A program made the position numbers and the translations under genes. A DNA stretch of 64,000 nucleotides from Antedon mediterranea (taxonomy: Eukaryota > Animalia > Echinodermata), in assembly GCF_964355755.1 (NCBI RefSeq), contig NC_092671.1, positions 1,922,001 through 1,986,000 of the forward strand. The letters are read 5' to 3'. The notes under the pieces were generated by a model that made no database searches, was not told the origin of the DNA, and worked only from the letters and a program-made list of their open reading frames with translations. Below are positions 12,476 to 25,900 of the stretch, piece by piece (the first letter of the stretch is position 1; every line of letters begins with the position of its first letter).

Positions 12476-13954
12476 CCAAATAAATTCAGATTTATCAGAC
12501 AGTTATATTTTATATCAGTTTTTTATAATGAAAATGTTTCCTGTTTGTCTGTCAATTTAAATGATTATAATTGTGCAATTTTTGTATCTCGTAATTTATC
12601 TTTTTTTTTAATCTCTCAAATCAACTTGTTTTTCCTAATACTACTGATATGTAGCAGGTGGCATAATGAAATGTACCGGACAAGTAAACTAACTACTTAC
12701 TGAAGACTTTAGCGATAAAACGAAATATAGATAAGTACCTGTACGTCCATAAAATGAAATAAGTTGTCTGATTTTAAAAGCCTTGCGCCGTGGGCATGGC
12801 ACAAGTGGGTCCTTTCTTTATATTTGTTTCACTTGAGTAGACGACATAATTGCAATATAAATATATCAATATCAAGTCAAGTGCAAGAAGCCTAAAAAGG
12901 AATGTTTGTTTTATAGACTGTAATTTTCTCATATTTCTACCGTTTACTTAAAATTGGCACATAGTGTATCTTGTGAAGGGTAATGAGACCATTTTAGAAC
13001 CGGGGCTCTTATTGACAAACCCACCCACTGCCAACTCCTAAAGCCCAATGTCAATGCCGTAATAACACACATAATATATTTGATATGCAACACTTTAGTT
13101 TTTCAAGGCATACTGTAGGATCTTGTGAGAGATAATCGTTGACCACTCCCACTCCTCTTCTTCCCTTCTAAGGTTTAGCCCAGGCTTAGGCCCAATGTCA
13201 ATAAGCTGCAACGCATACGCAATACATTTTATATGCAACACTTTCAAGTGTACTGTACGTATTTAATATGCAGACACCTGGTTAGTATCCTAATGATTAT
13301 ATTAATTAATAGGTGTACAATTGTTACCATTAAAACGGAAAAGAGTATTAAATTCAAATCTTGGCTTCTGGCAAGTGAATTATTTGGTTACCTGTATGAG
13401 ATAGATTTCTGACATACTCAATTTAAATAAAGATTTATTAAGAATTAATGTATATGATTCAGCCCCAAAGGTACAACATCTAGGTCTATGATACTCAATA
13501 CTTTGACAGGGTTTAAACAAACAAAATTAGTACTACCGTATGTGGAGTCATTAAATTATTTGTGAATTTTCATGCTAGATTCACATGCCTGTAGATTTAT
13601 AAAATTTGTGTCAAATTCTGACTGTATATTTATAAACTTGTATTTACAGGAAGTCGTGTAATAGTTCAAAAAGAAATAAATTTATATTGACGGCACTGTT
13701 TAGTAGAATGTTTTGTACAGCTTCAGATTTCCCTTCATTGTGTAAGCCAAACAATGGTACAAAAGGCATTTAAAGTCACATGCTCTGATGCTCTGCTTTC
13801 GTGTATAAATATTGTTATATTCATGCTGTGAACAGTATTGTACATCTTTGAATTATCTATATTTGTCATTTAAAACAAGTTGTTTGTCTCTTTTTCTATT
13901 TCTACAGTATACTGAAGCCATCTGCCGTGCAGGTAACCTTTGACCTTATTCATT

Positions 13955-16900
13955 ATGGGTATTATGTGTTGTTGCTACGTAAAAAAGAATGATGATTATG
14001 AGTCGTTGGACCCAAAGTCGGCAGAGTCTCCAGCTGAGCACCACAAGTATGGTACGTTAGAATCCGGTGGGTCGGCCAGACCACCTGAAACCAAACGCTA
14101 TCAATACCCTAAATCACCACTTAGACAAAAGTTTAGTTCGGATTCAGAACAGAGGTCAGTTAGACATGTCAGAGTTCATGTGTCGTCGTCTGATTCTGAT
14201 GAAAGTGACGATGATTCACCACCACCAATACGTGCTTATTCAAGTGCCCCAGCAAAAACCGATAAGCAGAAGAATGCGGCACCAATTACCAAAGAACACG
14301 CCCCAGTTGTTGCAAGCCCGTCTATCACGATTGAAGGTGAAGAAGAAGGATCCCCGAAGACTGTAGCTAGTGGCTTAGCCAGCATCTTCAAGCCTGAAGA
14401 TTCAGCAGTGTCGGAAGGAACTAAAACAGCTGAAGGAACTCGTGTAGATGCCGAAGGTGCCTCAGCTGCTGAGTCTACTGATCCTGAAGATTCTACCGGA
14501 GGACATTCCAATGTCTCTGGTAACCAGAATGGCAGCCTGGACAGCTTAAATGGCAGTGAGAAGAAGACTAAGAAGTCCAAGTCAATGGTTAGGAAGGTTG
14601 GATCGTCAATGAAGCGGGCTAGTAGAAAAGCAAGCAAATCAATGCAGAAAGGAATGGCTAAGATGTTGCACCCTAACAAGAGTAGAGACAGCACTGAAAC
14701 TGACGGTAAGAATTAAGATACTTAAATCAATACTTAATTAAAGAGGTATTGTCCTTCAAAAACATGAAAAATGAAGATTAATAAAATCAGATTTTAAATA
14801 GGCCATTTTGCAGTTTTAATAACAATTTAAGTATTTTTTGCTTTAAATTACATTTTCAGGCAATTATTTTAAATCCAGTTTTTGGTCAAAGTGAATAACT
14901 ATTAATGTGACATTAAAATGGCATATTAAAACAATTTTTTTTAGTTTAGGGGGACAATATATCTTTACGTCAATTCACCAAAAATCTTCTAGAGTCGACC
15001 TGTTTCGTAATTGAGCATTGAGCAGAAAATGTGTTTTGTTAAATAATTATTAAATAATTATGTCACTACTCGCACATGAGCCTGATAGTTAAATCTAAAA
15101 CAAGAAACACAACGATGAAAAAAGTATCACTTTCTACTGAAATATTGCATTATTTTAAAAAACAGATTGTCTGATCTCTCATAATATTTTAACCATAAAT
15201 TTATTATTATATTTCATTCCAATTTATATTTTTTATTCAATGCTGAAGTTATTTAGTCCAATACGTGATATTAAAATTCTTTCCGTCTTAGAGGTTGTGT
15301 AATAAAAGTTAGCAAAGACAGTAATGCCTAGTAGAGATTAAAAAGCACTTTACCCCGTAATCCTCAAAATGAGGTGTCACGTTTAAATTCTAATTACATC
15401 ACACACTTAGATCAAATATAAATTTTCGAACTTGAAAACAATATAATATTAATGAGTCTATAAATCTACAATCACAACACAATAAGAAGATTTGACTGAC
15501 CATGGGTGACTTGACTGACCGTGGGTGACTTGACAGAGGGCCAAGATTTGACTGACCATGGGTGACTTTGACTGACCATGGGTAATTTTCCAATGACTAT
15601 GGACTGACCAAGATTTGACTGTGGACCTTGTGTGACTTGACTGACCATGGGTAACTTGACTGACCAAGACTTGACTGATTATGTGTGACTTGACTGACCA
15701 AGACTTTACTGACCAAGACTTTACTGACCAACAATGAATTCATTTATTCTACAGTATTAATGTGTTATAGTGGCAAGTAACTTTAAATACCTAAATACTG
15801 CGTTCAAATCCAACTTTTTTACGAGGCAATGAAGCGTGGGAACTAAACTTCCAGAAATATTTATATAACCTTATAATAAATTTAAACTACAGTATCACTT
15901 TCTGTTTAGATTTCAATTTGAAAAATTTGCAATATAATAAGTTTTAACTAACAATATTTAATATATTTAGCAGTTTCTCATCTTTACTCGTCGGGATAGG
16001 CTCCATCTTATCAAAGAATCATTGATGACCTCTCTTGGACCTGATTGTGACCTCTGATCAATAAATAACTACATTTCCTGCAACAGAAGTGTCCTACTGT
16101 ACTTAGCCCAAAATTGCTAAATAAAAGAGAATGTGGTTTATGAGGAGATGCTTTAGAGTAACACATTTTGGGCTTATATTAGTGATATTTATATATTTAC
16201 AGTGAATAACAATGTGCATTAATACGTATTTAAAGATTTCTGATGATAATGATATTATTACTTAGTTATTCATTCTACAATTATTCAAACACATAATTCA
16301 CACATATCTGATTGTCTGTCGTTTGACATGGTGACAAACCTCGTTTGACATAACCTCAAAAGACTAGTATAATACTATTACTATACAATAGAGTTATTAC
16401 TATAATATGTTGATTACACTATTCTTTAATAATAAGCATTAAAAAGCTATTGTTTTTGAGACAATTAGATTTCCACATTTTAAACATTAAAAATGAAAAA
16501 AACCATGCAAGATACTAATTAACCATATGGTAAAATACAGTTTAAAGTGTGTATGTGTGTGTGTTTCATTTCACATAATGGTTTATAGGGAGTGGTCATA
16601 AACAGATGGTTTAAAAATATAAAAACTGTCATCTCATTAAAAAATATAATAATCTTGGCTTGGCCTGGGAGTGTGCTGTAGTCAAGTACCTTGTGGTAAA
16701 TTGTATATGATATTATTATTAGGCACTTTTTACAATACTGTATGTGAGTGGTGATTGTGAATAGCAGTTCTTGTTCTGATAAAGTCATCACCCAAAATGC
16801 TTTACTGTACATGACATATCCTTTTTTTCATTGATTAATCCTGCCACCAAAATTGTCAACATTTTGTTGTATAATTGGTAAAATGTTCCTAAATACACAG

Positions 16901-19900
16901 TTGCAAGTAAACAGTGCATGTGTCCGTATGTGTGTTCTTTAAGGGTCTATAGCGGCAAATCATCCGTTTATTTCAAAATAGACTTAAATACAGTATGTTT
17001 ATAATCAACTGCATTTCTGCAAAATTTAAATGGTTAATTTATTCACATTGTTATTTTTTTACAACAGAAAAAGGACCTAAAACAAAGTATTATCCACAAA
17101 TTGAAACTGAAATACTTTGAAACAATTTCATTAGGATCCAAATTGATGAATGTTTGCAATGTTTCTACAGATTACTGATTGGATCAGCAGAAAGTAACAT
17201 TTTACTCTTAAACTAAAACACTGTACTGTATCTTAATGAAACCAATCATAGTTTGGAAGATAAATGAAAAAGAATAATTCATGATTAATTTTAGTACACA
17301 GAAGCAGTCTTTTGTTATTAAATTATTTATGACAATGACTGTAGGATAAACTAGATCTTAATTAATTGTACAGAAATTCTGTACATTATTAAATATTAAT
17401 AGCCATAGAACGTACAGATCACCGTACTTCCAAATGTTTGTGGTCCCAACGCACGTACAATTGGTCGTAGTCCATCGCAGGTCCAAATTGCCGTCCACTA
17501 CAAGTCCAAATGGTCGGGCTCCACTGCATGTTTAAAGTATTAATTTGACCATTGGGTTACTGTAACTGATTACTAGGGAATTGTTATTAACTCTGTTATT
17601 ATCATCTACAGTTGAATCTGTGCGGACAACCATTGTAAGCTGATACTCCCCATTAAATGGATACGCATTTAAAAGCCTGTTCACACTTGTCTCCCTATCT
17701 ACCTACCGTAAAGCAGACACTTTCTCTAGACCTGTCTGTGTTAATAGCGTTTATCATAGATGGTATAGCAACTTTTTTTTGTATCTACTGTACTATAAGC
17801 CCCACCTCTTGAGAGCACGGGCTATTGTTAGTTTATCCAGGTAAGCTAGGCACAAATAGACTTATGACATTTTTGTACTCGGTATGATCTTTAAACTGAC
17901 TTTTTAATCTGTATGATATTATACTCTAGCTATAGTAATATAATAGTTCTATGTCTCATTTATAAAATATGTATTAGATCTAGATTGATTTGAATTTTAC
18001 GCACATTCAAAAAAAAAAATTTCATAGAAAAATGGGATTGGTAGTTATTCACGTCCTGTTATTTATAATCAACTTGAAGTTTTTATATAATAAATAATTG
18101 TAATACACAAAATACAGTAAGCAAGGTCAATTGTATGTATAAAAGGTCAACACTCCTTATTTTCATAAGTGATATAAAGTAAGCATTCAAGTATAGATAA
18201 TAAATATAATGAATCAGTGAATTCAAACAAGCAAATGAAAATAGACACCTGTAAATAGACACCTGTAAATATCTGTAAACATAACAAGTTCTAGTATTTG
18301 TTGTTATGTTTAGAAAAGGATATTTTAAAAGTACTTTCAACTCAAAATAGATCACAATTATTTCTCTCAAACCTCCTCTGACAAAGTAAAATGCACTTGT
18401 AAATGCTTATTGATAATTAAATTGTTTAAATACTAACTTTTTGTTTTTATTTTTTATTTAGATTTTCATTTTCATATAAAATTCCCAAGAGTGCTATGAA
18501 TATGAATCAAGATATTTAATTATTTTTTACAATTATTAAAATAGCATCTATTTCTCTATTCGTTATTTGTGTTATGTGTAAATGATTATTATATAAATTA
18601 TGGTGGATTAAAATATGACGATTGCAGAAATCAATTTGATTTCAACTCGCATAGATAAATCTGTATTAATTGAACGATAGAATGGATTACAAATGATAGT
18701 ACTGTAATAATTTAAGTATGCAATTTGGCATGGACTGCTAGTGCCGAGTATATACTTAAGGAAATCTGTCTAAGGGGGATCTGATCTAAAGGCAAGGTTT
18801 ATAAGAATGTTTTACATAACACATTCACTATTGATAATAATCAAATCTTTAATAATGGAGGCTCAAACAGTATGTGTTCTTTACGAGGTCGTATAGAATT
18901 TTAATGCAAAATTAAAGATTATGATAAAAGTAATGATGAACATTAGAATAGAAGAAGCTGGTTAAAGATTTATTTTCCCCAAAAATAATGTTTTCACTTA
19001 TAATATAAGAAAACAAAGAAATCCAATGTCTGAAAAACAATTTGACTATTTTAAGATTGCCTTTTGCAATTTGATATCTTTTGTTTTTGTTGTTTTATTA
19101 TCTTAATTATGCCAAGCAAAACAAATTTCCATTTTAAAGTGGACCAATGTCTTGAATCAATCGATGCAATGTTTTTTCAAATTCAATAACTATACTGTAT
19201 GTGACATTGAAATATTAAAATATATATCTTTAAAGAAGTTACTATGAAATAGCAACAGCTTTTAATACTACTATACAACAAAAAGGTTTGAATAATTTAG
19301 GTAGAAATGAGATCATCATCGGTCTAATCAGAACTAAATAATTTCTAGAAACCAAACCTTTATGAGGTTAATTAAAATTAATGTTGAAAGATAGCGTTTT
19401 CTGGCAACAAAAAAAAGTTGGTTTGTTCACAACAATATCACTGCTGATGCTCATAAGAACAGCAATCTTCTTCCACGTTACTATTTCCTACCAAATAATA
19501 ATAATAATAATATAGAAATAATAACATTTATATAATATACCCTTTAAAAAAATGTTATAATGCAAATTTCAACCTTTTACATAGGTTAGGCTTATGACGC
19601 CCTAAAGCTCTGTCTACACTATCAAACTTTATGTGACAAAAAATAGTCCATATGGAAATGATGATGTCATATCACTACAATATTTGAGCACATCACCTTT
19701 TTTTGTCAAACTAGTTTGATAGTGTAGACAGAGCTTAAGATACAATACGTGTAATGTAGCAATATTAGCAACATTTATATAATTTACTCTTCTAAAAATG
19801 TTATAATGCAAATTTCAACCTTCTTATTTTTTGACATAAATTTAGTCTTATGACTTAAGAAGATAATTAAGAGAAAATACGTGCAATATAGCAATAGTAT

Positions 19901-22900
19901 CACTTTCTATATGATTGTATAATTTTATTATACATTTCAAGGATTGTATTTGTTTCAATTTTTTATATTACTATAATAATATGATGAAATATGAGTCTAG
20001 TAATAATATTAATCCTTACAGTGGCTAATGAGGCTTTACGTACAAGAGACACATGGCAATTGAAAACTATTCCTTTACATCGTCTTGTTTTGTGTCAAAG
20101 TTTGGCGATACAAATATACAATAATGTGGTTTTTTTTTAAGCTTGGGTACAGGCATTAATTTTCATTTCATTGACATTTTTATTCCTAAACAATAAAAAA
20201 ACCAAATAATATATATAGCAATAAAATAGGAAAATGGAATGGGATACAAAATAAGCACAGTATGCTTTAAATGTGTAACCCTAAACAATTACTGTAAGAA
20301 TACAGTGTGTATACCACGTATAAACAGTTCTGAAAGGAACTGTTGATTTTGCTTGATGTTTTGATCAATATGCTTCAGGAGTGAGCATACCATATGTGAT
20401 GTACCACAAACTTTATATCAACATATTTGATTTCGCCATGCAAACCTTCAAACAATATAGAAATCCTGATGAAGAAGTATGAATTTATCTTAAAATTGTC
20501 AGGTTAAATACAGAATTTTTGAAAATTTTACCATATCTGGGGACACTTGTACACAAGAATGGGGTTGTACACTAGAATGGGGTTGTACACTACAGTGTGA
20601 ACTCCCCTACTGGTAAGAAAGCGTTTATTTTCAAGAAAACTGCAACAAAAATGTTCCAAAATTATGACAAATGGGGGAAATAAATTTGTTGCTTAAATCT
20701 ACTGTACTTTGAAAGAAAGATATTACTTTTTCTGAAATCAACTGTTACAATTATTGCAGTGCAATTATAACATATTAAAGTGCGGCAAGATTTATTTAAA
20801 TTGCTGTCTGTTCTTGTAAAGTGCAGAGAACTGATCTTGAATGCATCTCAAGTCCATTATGTCAGTCATTAGGTTTGACCTTTGACCCAAAAAAGATTTC
20901 AGTTCTTGCATCTTTAAATTGAGTAAAACGTTACTTGTTAATTTTCTTTATAAGATGTGACAATTTTTATTTTAAAGGCAAGTGTAACAAAAATGTCAAT
21001 GATGAATTTTTTAAACCAAATATAAATAATATGATAAATGATTTATGATGGCTATACAAATGTATTCATACCTTTAAATATGATATAGAAATAAATATTC
21101 CAAGTATAAATATAGGGGCAGTCCAATAGTTTTTAGATAGGGTACTAACCTTACCACAACATCAGTACCAAAAGTTCATGAATGTAATTTTACCCACTTT
21201 CAAACACTTACTATAGCCAAAACCTTGTATTAAACTTTTCCACCCAGTCAAATTTGAACACAGTAGCCACCCAAGAAATCTCTGAGTACCTTACATCTAA
21301 TTTAATTGACATGTCGTTCTTAGGTCGTAGGTCGTGTGTGTGTCTTAAAGTGAAAGCTACCTACTGTTTTTTCTCTCCCGCCCCTTCTCTCTGAAGGACA
21401 CTCAAGACTTGTGGATCCATGTACATTATATAATTAACTCAGTATGATTCATTACTTACTGTATAGGTCTTAATATAATCATTTCATTTCTTTATTTTCA
21501 CAATACTGGCATTTTAAAACAAAAATTAAGATTCTTTCTTTATTTCCATTTATCATACACAATCATAAACATACATAAATAATCATAGTACAAAGAGAAA
21601 AAAAAAAAATGGATTGATTTATTTTTTTAACTGTGTTAAACTAGAAGGCATATTATCATATTATAGTATTATCAATTGTACAGCGCTTTTAAAAGCGCTA
21701 TATAAATCCAAATTAAATTAAATAAAAAAATATTGTAAGAAATTTAATAAAATCTTTTCTCTATAAGTATAATAAGATCTTTATACTTTCATTACAAGAG
21801 TCTAAACATTGGAATTGACATTCATTTTGAATATGTTATTGAGCATTTTAATTACGCAAATGGTAAATTATCAAGTAGTATGTATACATAACTATGATAC
21901 ACAACACAATACTTCTATTTTTAGTATGCAGATTAGATGTGCTGTAGTACACAATCTGTGACTGAAGGATTTTGGCCGCATTATCATCATATTCTGACTT
22001 TGTTATTTTATTGTATATTTCTTCCGCTTTTTTATTAATTGCAGACAAAAGCAATGCACAACACAAAGGCCAACAAGACAGTGATGATGATGAAACGGAG
22101 TGGAGTCGAGGTAATTAAACAAACCTATTTATGTTTACAGTACGTGACCACGGACATGTGTTCATAAACAAAGTGTTGATTAATACTACTGTATATGTAT
22201 TGTTTGTAGGTGTTCATCAACACTCAACATTCCTGTCAGGGCTCGCAGAATCCTAAAATATTTGGTTGCCCTTCGGGCAAGTAGGTTTTGGATTTTGGTT
22301 GCCCTCATCATTTTTTTACTTGCCCACTATTTTAGCTTAATTTTAACGTTTTATACCGCGACTGCACCGCGAAAAAACGTCGGTAAAAAACGACTATGCT
22401 TAATACACTGTGGTGTTTTTTTCGATGGATTTTAAAGTAGTGAAAACAATTTTTCAAATTTTTTCAATTACACAGTGATGTAGGCCGATCTTTTAAGAAC
22501 ATTTTACAGTAATTTATTTTCTCATACGATCCTCCGTACAAGAGTTGCGATTGTTTAATTAACATGGTGTCAGGCCAAAATTAAAAAATATTTTAATAAC
22601 TAGGCCAAAATTTAAAAATAGCTTGTTTCCGGTTGAGCGCCCGGGTGGAATTTTTTTCAAAAAAAAAAAATTCTACCCGCAAACATTTTTGGGGGAATTT
22701 CCCCTATTCATCAGATTGCGTAGTAGTAGTAGTAGGAGAGGACTGTCTACATCTTTTTGTATTTCATTATATATAAATATTACGTGTATTTACGATCCAT
22801 ATAAATAATAATTATTAAGGTACGATGTTTAGCGTTCACAGTTGTTTCGTTTAGTTTCAAACAATGCGATCAAAAAAAGGCATGTGAAGCCAGGCCCAAC

Positions 22901-25900
22901 GGGTAAAGACCCTAATACAACAGCAAGCACTTAGCAGCACTAAGGCGCGGACGGAGAACACAGGTTACAAAAACAATTTGTTTGTAGGCCTTAACTACAA
23001 CCATGGATTAAAGAATAGAAGGATATGCATCGACGTGAGATCAAGGGTTCCTTGACTCTCGCCGACAGACCGCGGACCGCCCACAATGTTACAGTTTAAT
23101 TAACCGCATGGTAACAACGAAACGGTCGCGTGCCTAATATATTGTTTACTGCACATGTGCAACGACATTTAACCTTGTTGGCTACTACGCTTCTTTCGCG
23201 CGTTCTTTGGTGGCATGATGTTTGTAGATGGTCAACTATTGACTATGTTGGTTTCTGCCGCGATTGATCTACGCTAATGATTTTTTTATGATGATTAAAG
23301 TAGCATTTTATGACCTGTAGTAGCCCTACATCTGAGACAATAACTATTAGTTGTCTCATTTGTTGTAAAATTACAAAATCAGCAAGAATGCTAGCCTAGC
23401 TAGGCCCAGGCCTTGTACTAACTAGGCTAAACTGGGCTAGTAAACCCTATGATTTGCCGACATTGATACTGCCTAGGTAGGCCTAGGCTAATCTTAAATA
23501 CTCACCGTTGTCTTACTTCTTGTGTGAATAATAATAATAGGTAGGCCTACTTCGTTTGTTCGTGATCAAGTTTGCCCTGCGTGTACTTTTCAAAACGACC
23601 GCTAGGTAACGAATCGCAACTATACATAGCCAGCCAATCCCGGATCAGGGATCGCTGTTTTCATTCAATTAGGCCCGGTGATTGGATGTGATGTGGATGA
23701 CATAACCACTAGCCAATCACCAGGCACTACAGTTTAAATATAATCACATCGATAATTAAGGAGATTTATGAAGAAACCACTGCTTAGCCATATATTAAAA
23801 AACACGATTGTTGTATGTCTGAACACCGGCCACGCTAACAACATACATGGTCAAATGCATAATTTAATATTCTATAGATTAACGCAATTTTTAATGACAG
23901 AAGATGGCAGGCAAATAATGATAATTCAAATATAAAAATGGCATATTTTATTAATATTACCAACTACCTAAAATTACCAGTCGTAAGAAAGTGAACTTTT
24001 CGTAGTCCGATTGTGATGAAACTAAAACAGAATTATTCAGCAATATATGTTTGTTATCAATTAATCATCGACGCAGACATGTCAATAGAACATTCAGACT
24101 GCGCATACGATTTCTACATGGTTACGTTTTGGTCTCAAAAAATGTAACAGTTGATTCGCAGCGTTTTACAGAGGGCCGCGGTTAGAGACACGGAGTTCAA
24201 TGAACGTGTTTGTTTGATTGGCAGCAGTGCTTTAGTATAGGCAAGCGCGTTGTAAAATCGTTTGATGTCACCGTCGATGCATATCCTTCTATTCTTTAAT
24301 CCATGCTACAACTATTCATACACAGAGTGTTAACCACGGTAAAAAATCAAGCCAATGACATTATGTTGTAGAATATAAATTATTGTTATTTTCCGAGTTT
24401 CGATTTCTGAAGCTTTTTTGTTAGTATAATCCATATTCATAAGAATTCAAAACACGGACGGACGCCGACCCCTCTCTCTCTCTCTGTTTAGCCTTCTGCA
24501 CGTGTATTGTGGACTATACCATTTCCTTGAGTTCGGTAAAAACGCGTTTGTTAATTTAGTGTACGACGTCGTTAAACAAGATTTTTCGATGATCTGTCGG
24601 CTGGATTATTGAGGTGGGTGCGATAAAATATAAATATAATATACTTCCAACGATCTTCGGGTTGAGGTACCGGTTTAACTTTAGTACTAAAAGTTGACAC
24701 CCCTAATTTTACACGTATAATGGAATGGACTACACCATGCAGGAACGCACATGGTATTTTCATATCAGAGGGTGCGTGTACGTCAAAAGGAATTGTTTTT
24801 CCAACGACCGATCCTTCGTACTCACACGTACGACGACGTCGTGTGAAATTTCTTATCAGAGGGTGCGTGTGCGTCAAATGGAATTGTTTTCCCAATGTGT
24901 ATTGAATCGCGTGTGTTTGTTGATCGGATCGGCGCGGCGGGAGGATAGGCTGGCTAGGACAAGGAGTGCGTGTAATTTTTTTTTCAACGAAGGCGGCTAG
25001 CTCGATTATTGAGGCGGGGGTGGTGCGACTTTAATACTTTCAGTGACCTCCGATCGAGGAACGTTTTTAGCTTTATTATTAAAAGTGTACACCCCTGTAT
25101 TTTAATGTACTATCTATACCATTATTTACCACGCACGGCGGCCGGGACGATATTGTTTTGGTTATATAAATATGTTCGATGTTTTCTCTAAATGCGTTTA
25201 GGGAAATCCCCTTGCAACGAAGACAGGCGATAGTTTTGCGTCTCGTCCGATATTCTTGACATTATTTTCTATCTACTTCAGTGGTTTTTATTGTGGTAAA
25301 ACTCGGGAAGGGCACTCACGGCCAACACAAAAAAAAGGGCAGGCCAGTAGTGGCCGTGGGTGCTATTAATTTTCGAGGGCATTGAGGCCAACTGGGAGGG
25401 CACCGACGGCACTGGCCGCGGTAAAATTCGAGGGCTGTGGTGTCCTGAAATCCCTTGAAAACGCTATGTTATTTCTGTTGGTTACGCTTCGTTGCACGGC
25501 ATTGTTTGTCATCGATCGAAGATGTGTTCCGTTTCGTGAATGAATTCACGTGGGTTTACTTTGGGAGCAAAAACGTTTTGCTTCTATTGTGCAATGAAAT
25601 TCCGAAATCAAGCTATTTTGCGATATTTAAAATGTAGTGGCCTAGACATGGCACTAATTATCTTACAATTATTTAATAGATATATCTAAAATATTGCCTA
25701 TAGAAATGTAGGCCTCCTAGGCCTAAAAAGTTTAAACAAAGTACTTATGAAGGTGATGAGCTTGTAACGCGTTGAAATCATAGGGAAGAAAAAAAAAACA
25801 AACATCAACTGACGTCCGTCTACGTGACGTGAAACAATACGCATGCGTATAGCAAAAAACCTCACAGCAGCTGCCGTACGTAGTAGGAGCACATGGGTAT

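Noticed and set aside
14067-14694. Overlapping and antisense ORFs on exon 1 of the + strand gene (likewise 45807-46309 and 44493-44738)
   Set aside because: Shadows of real coding exons.
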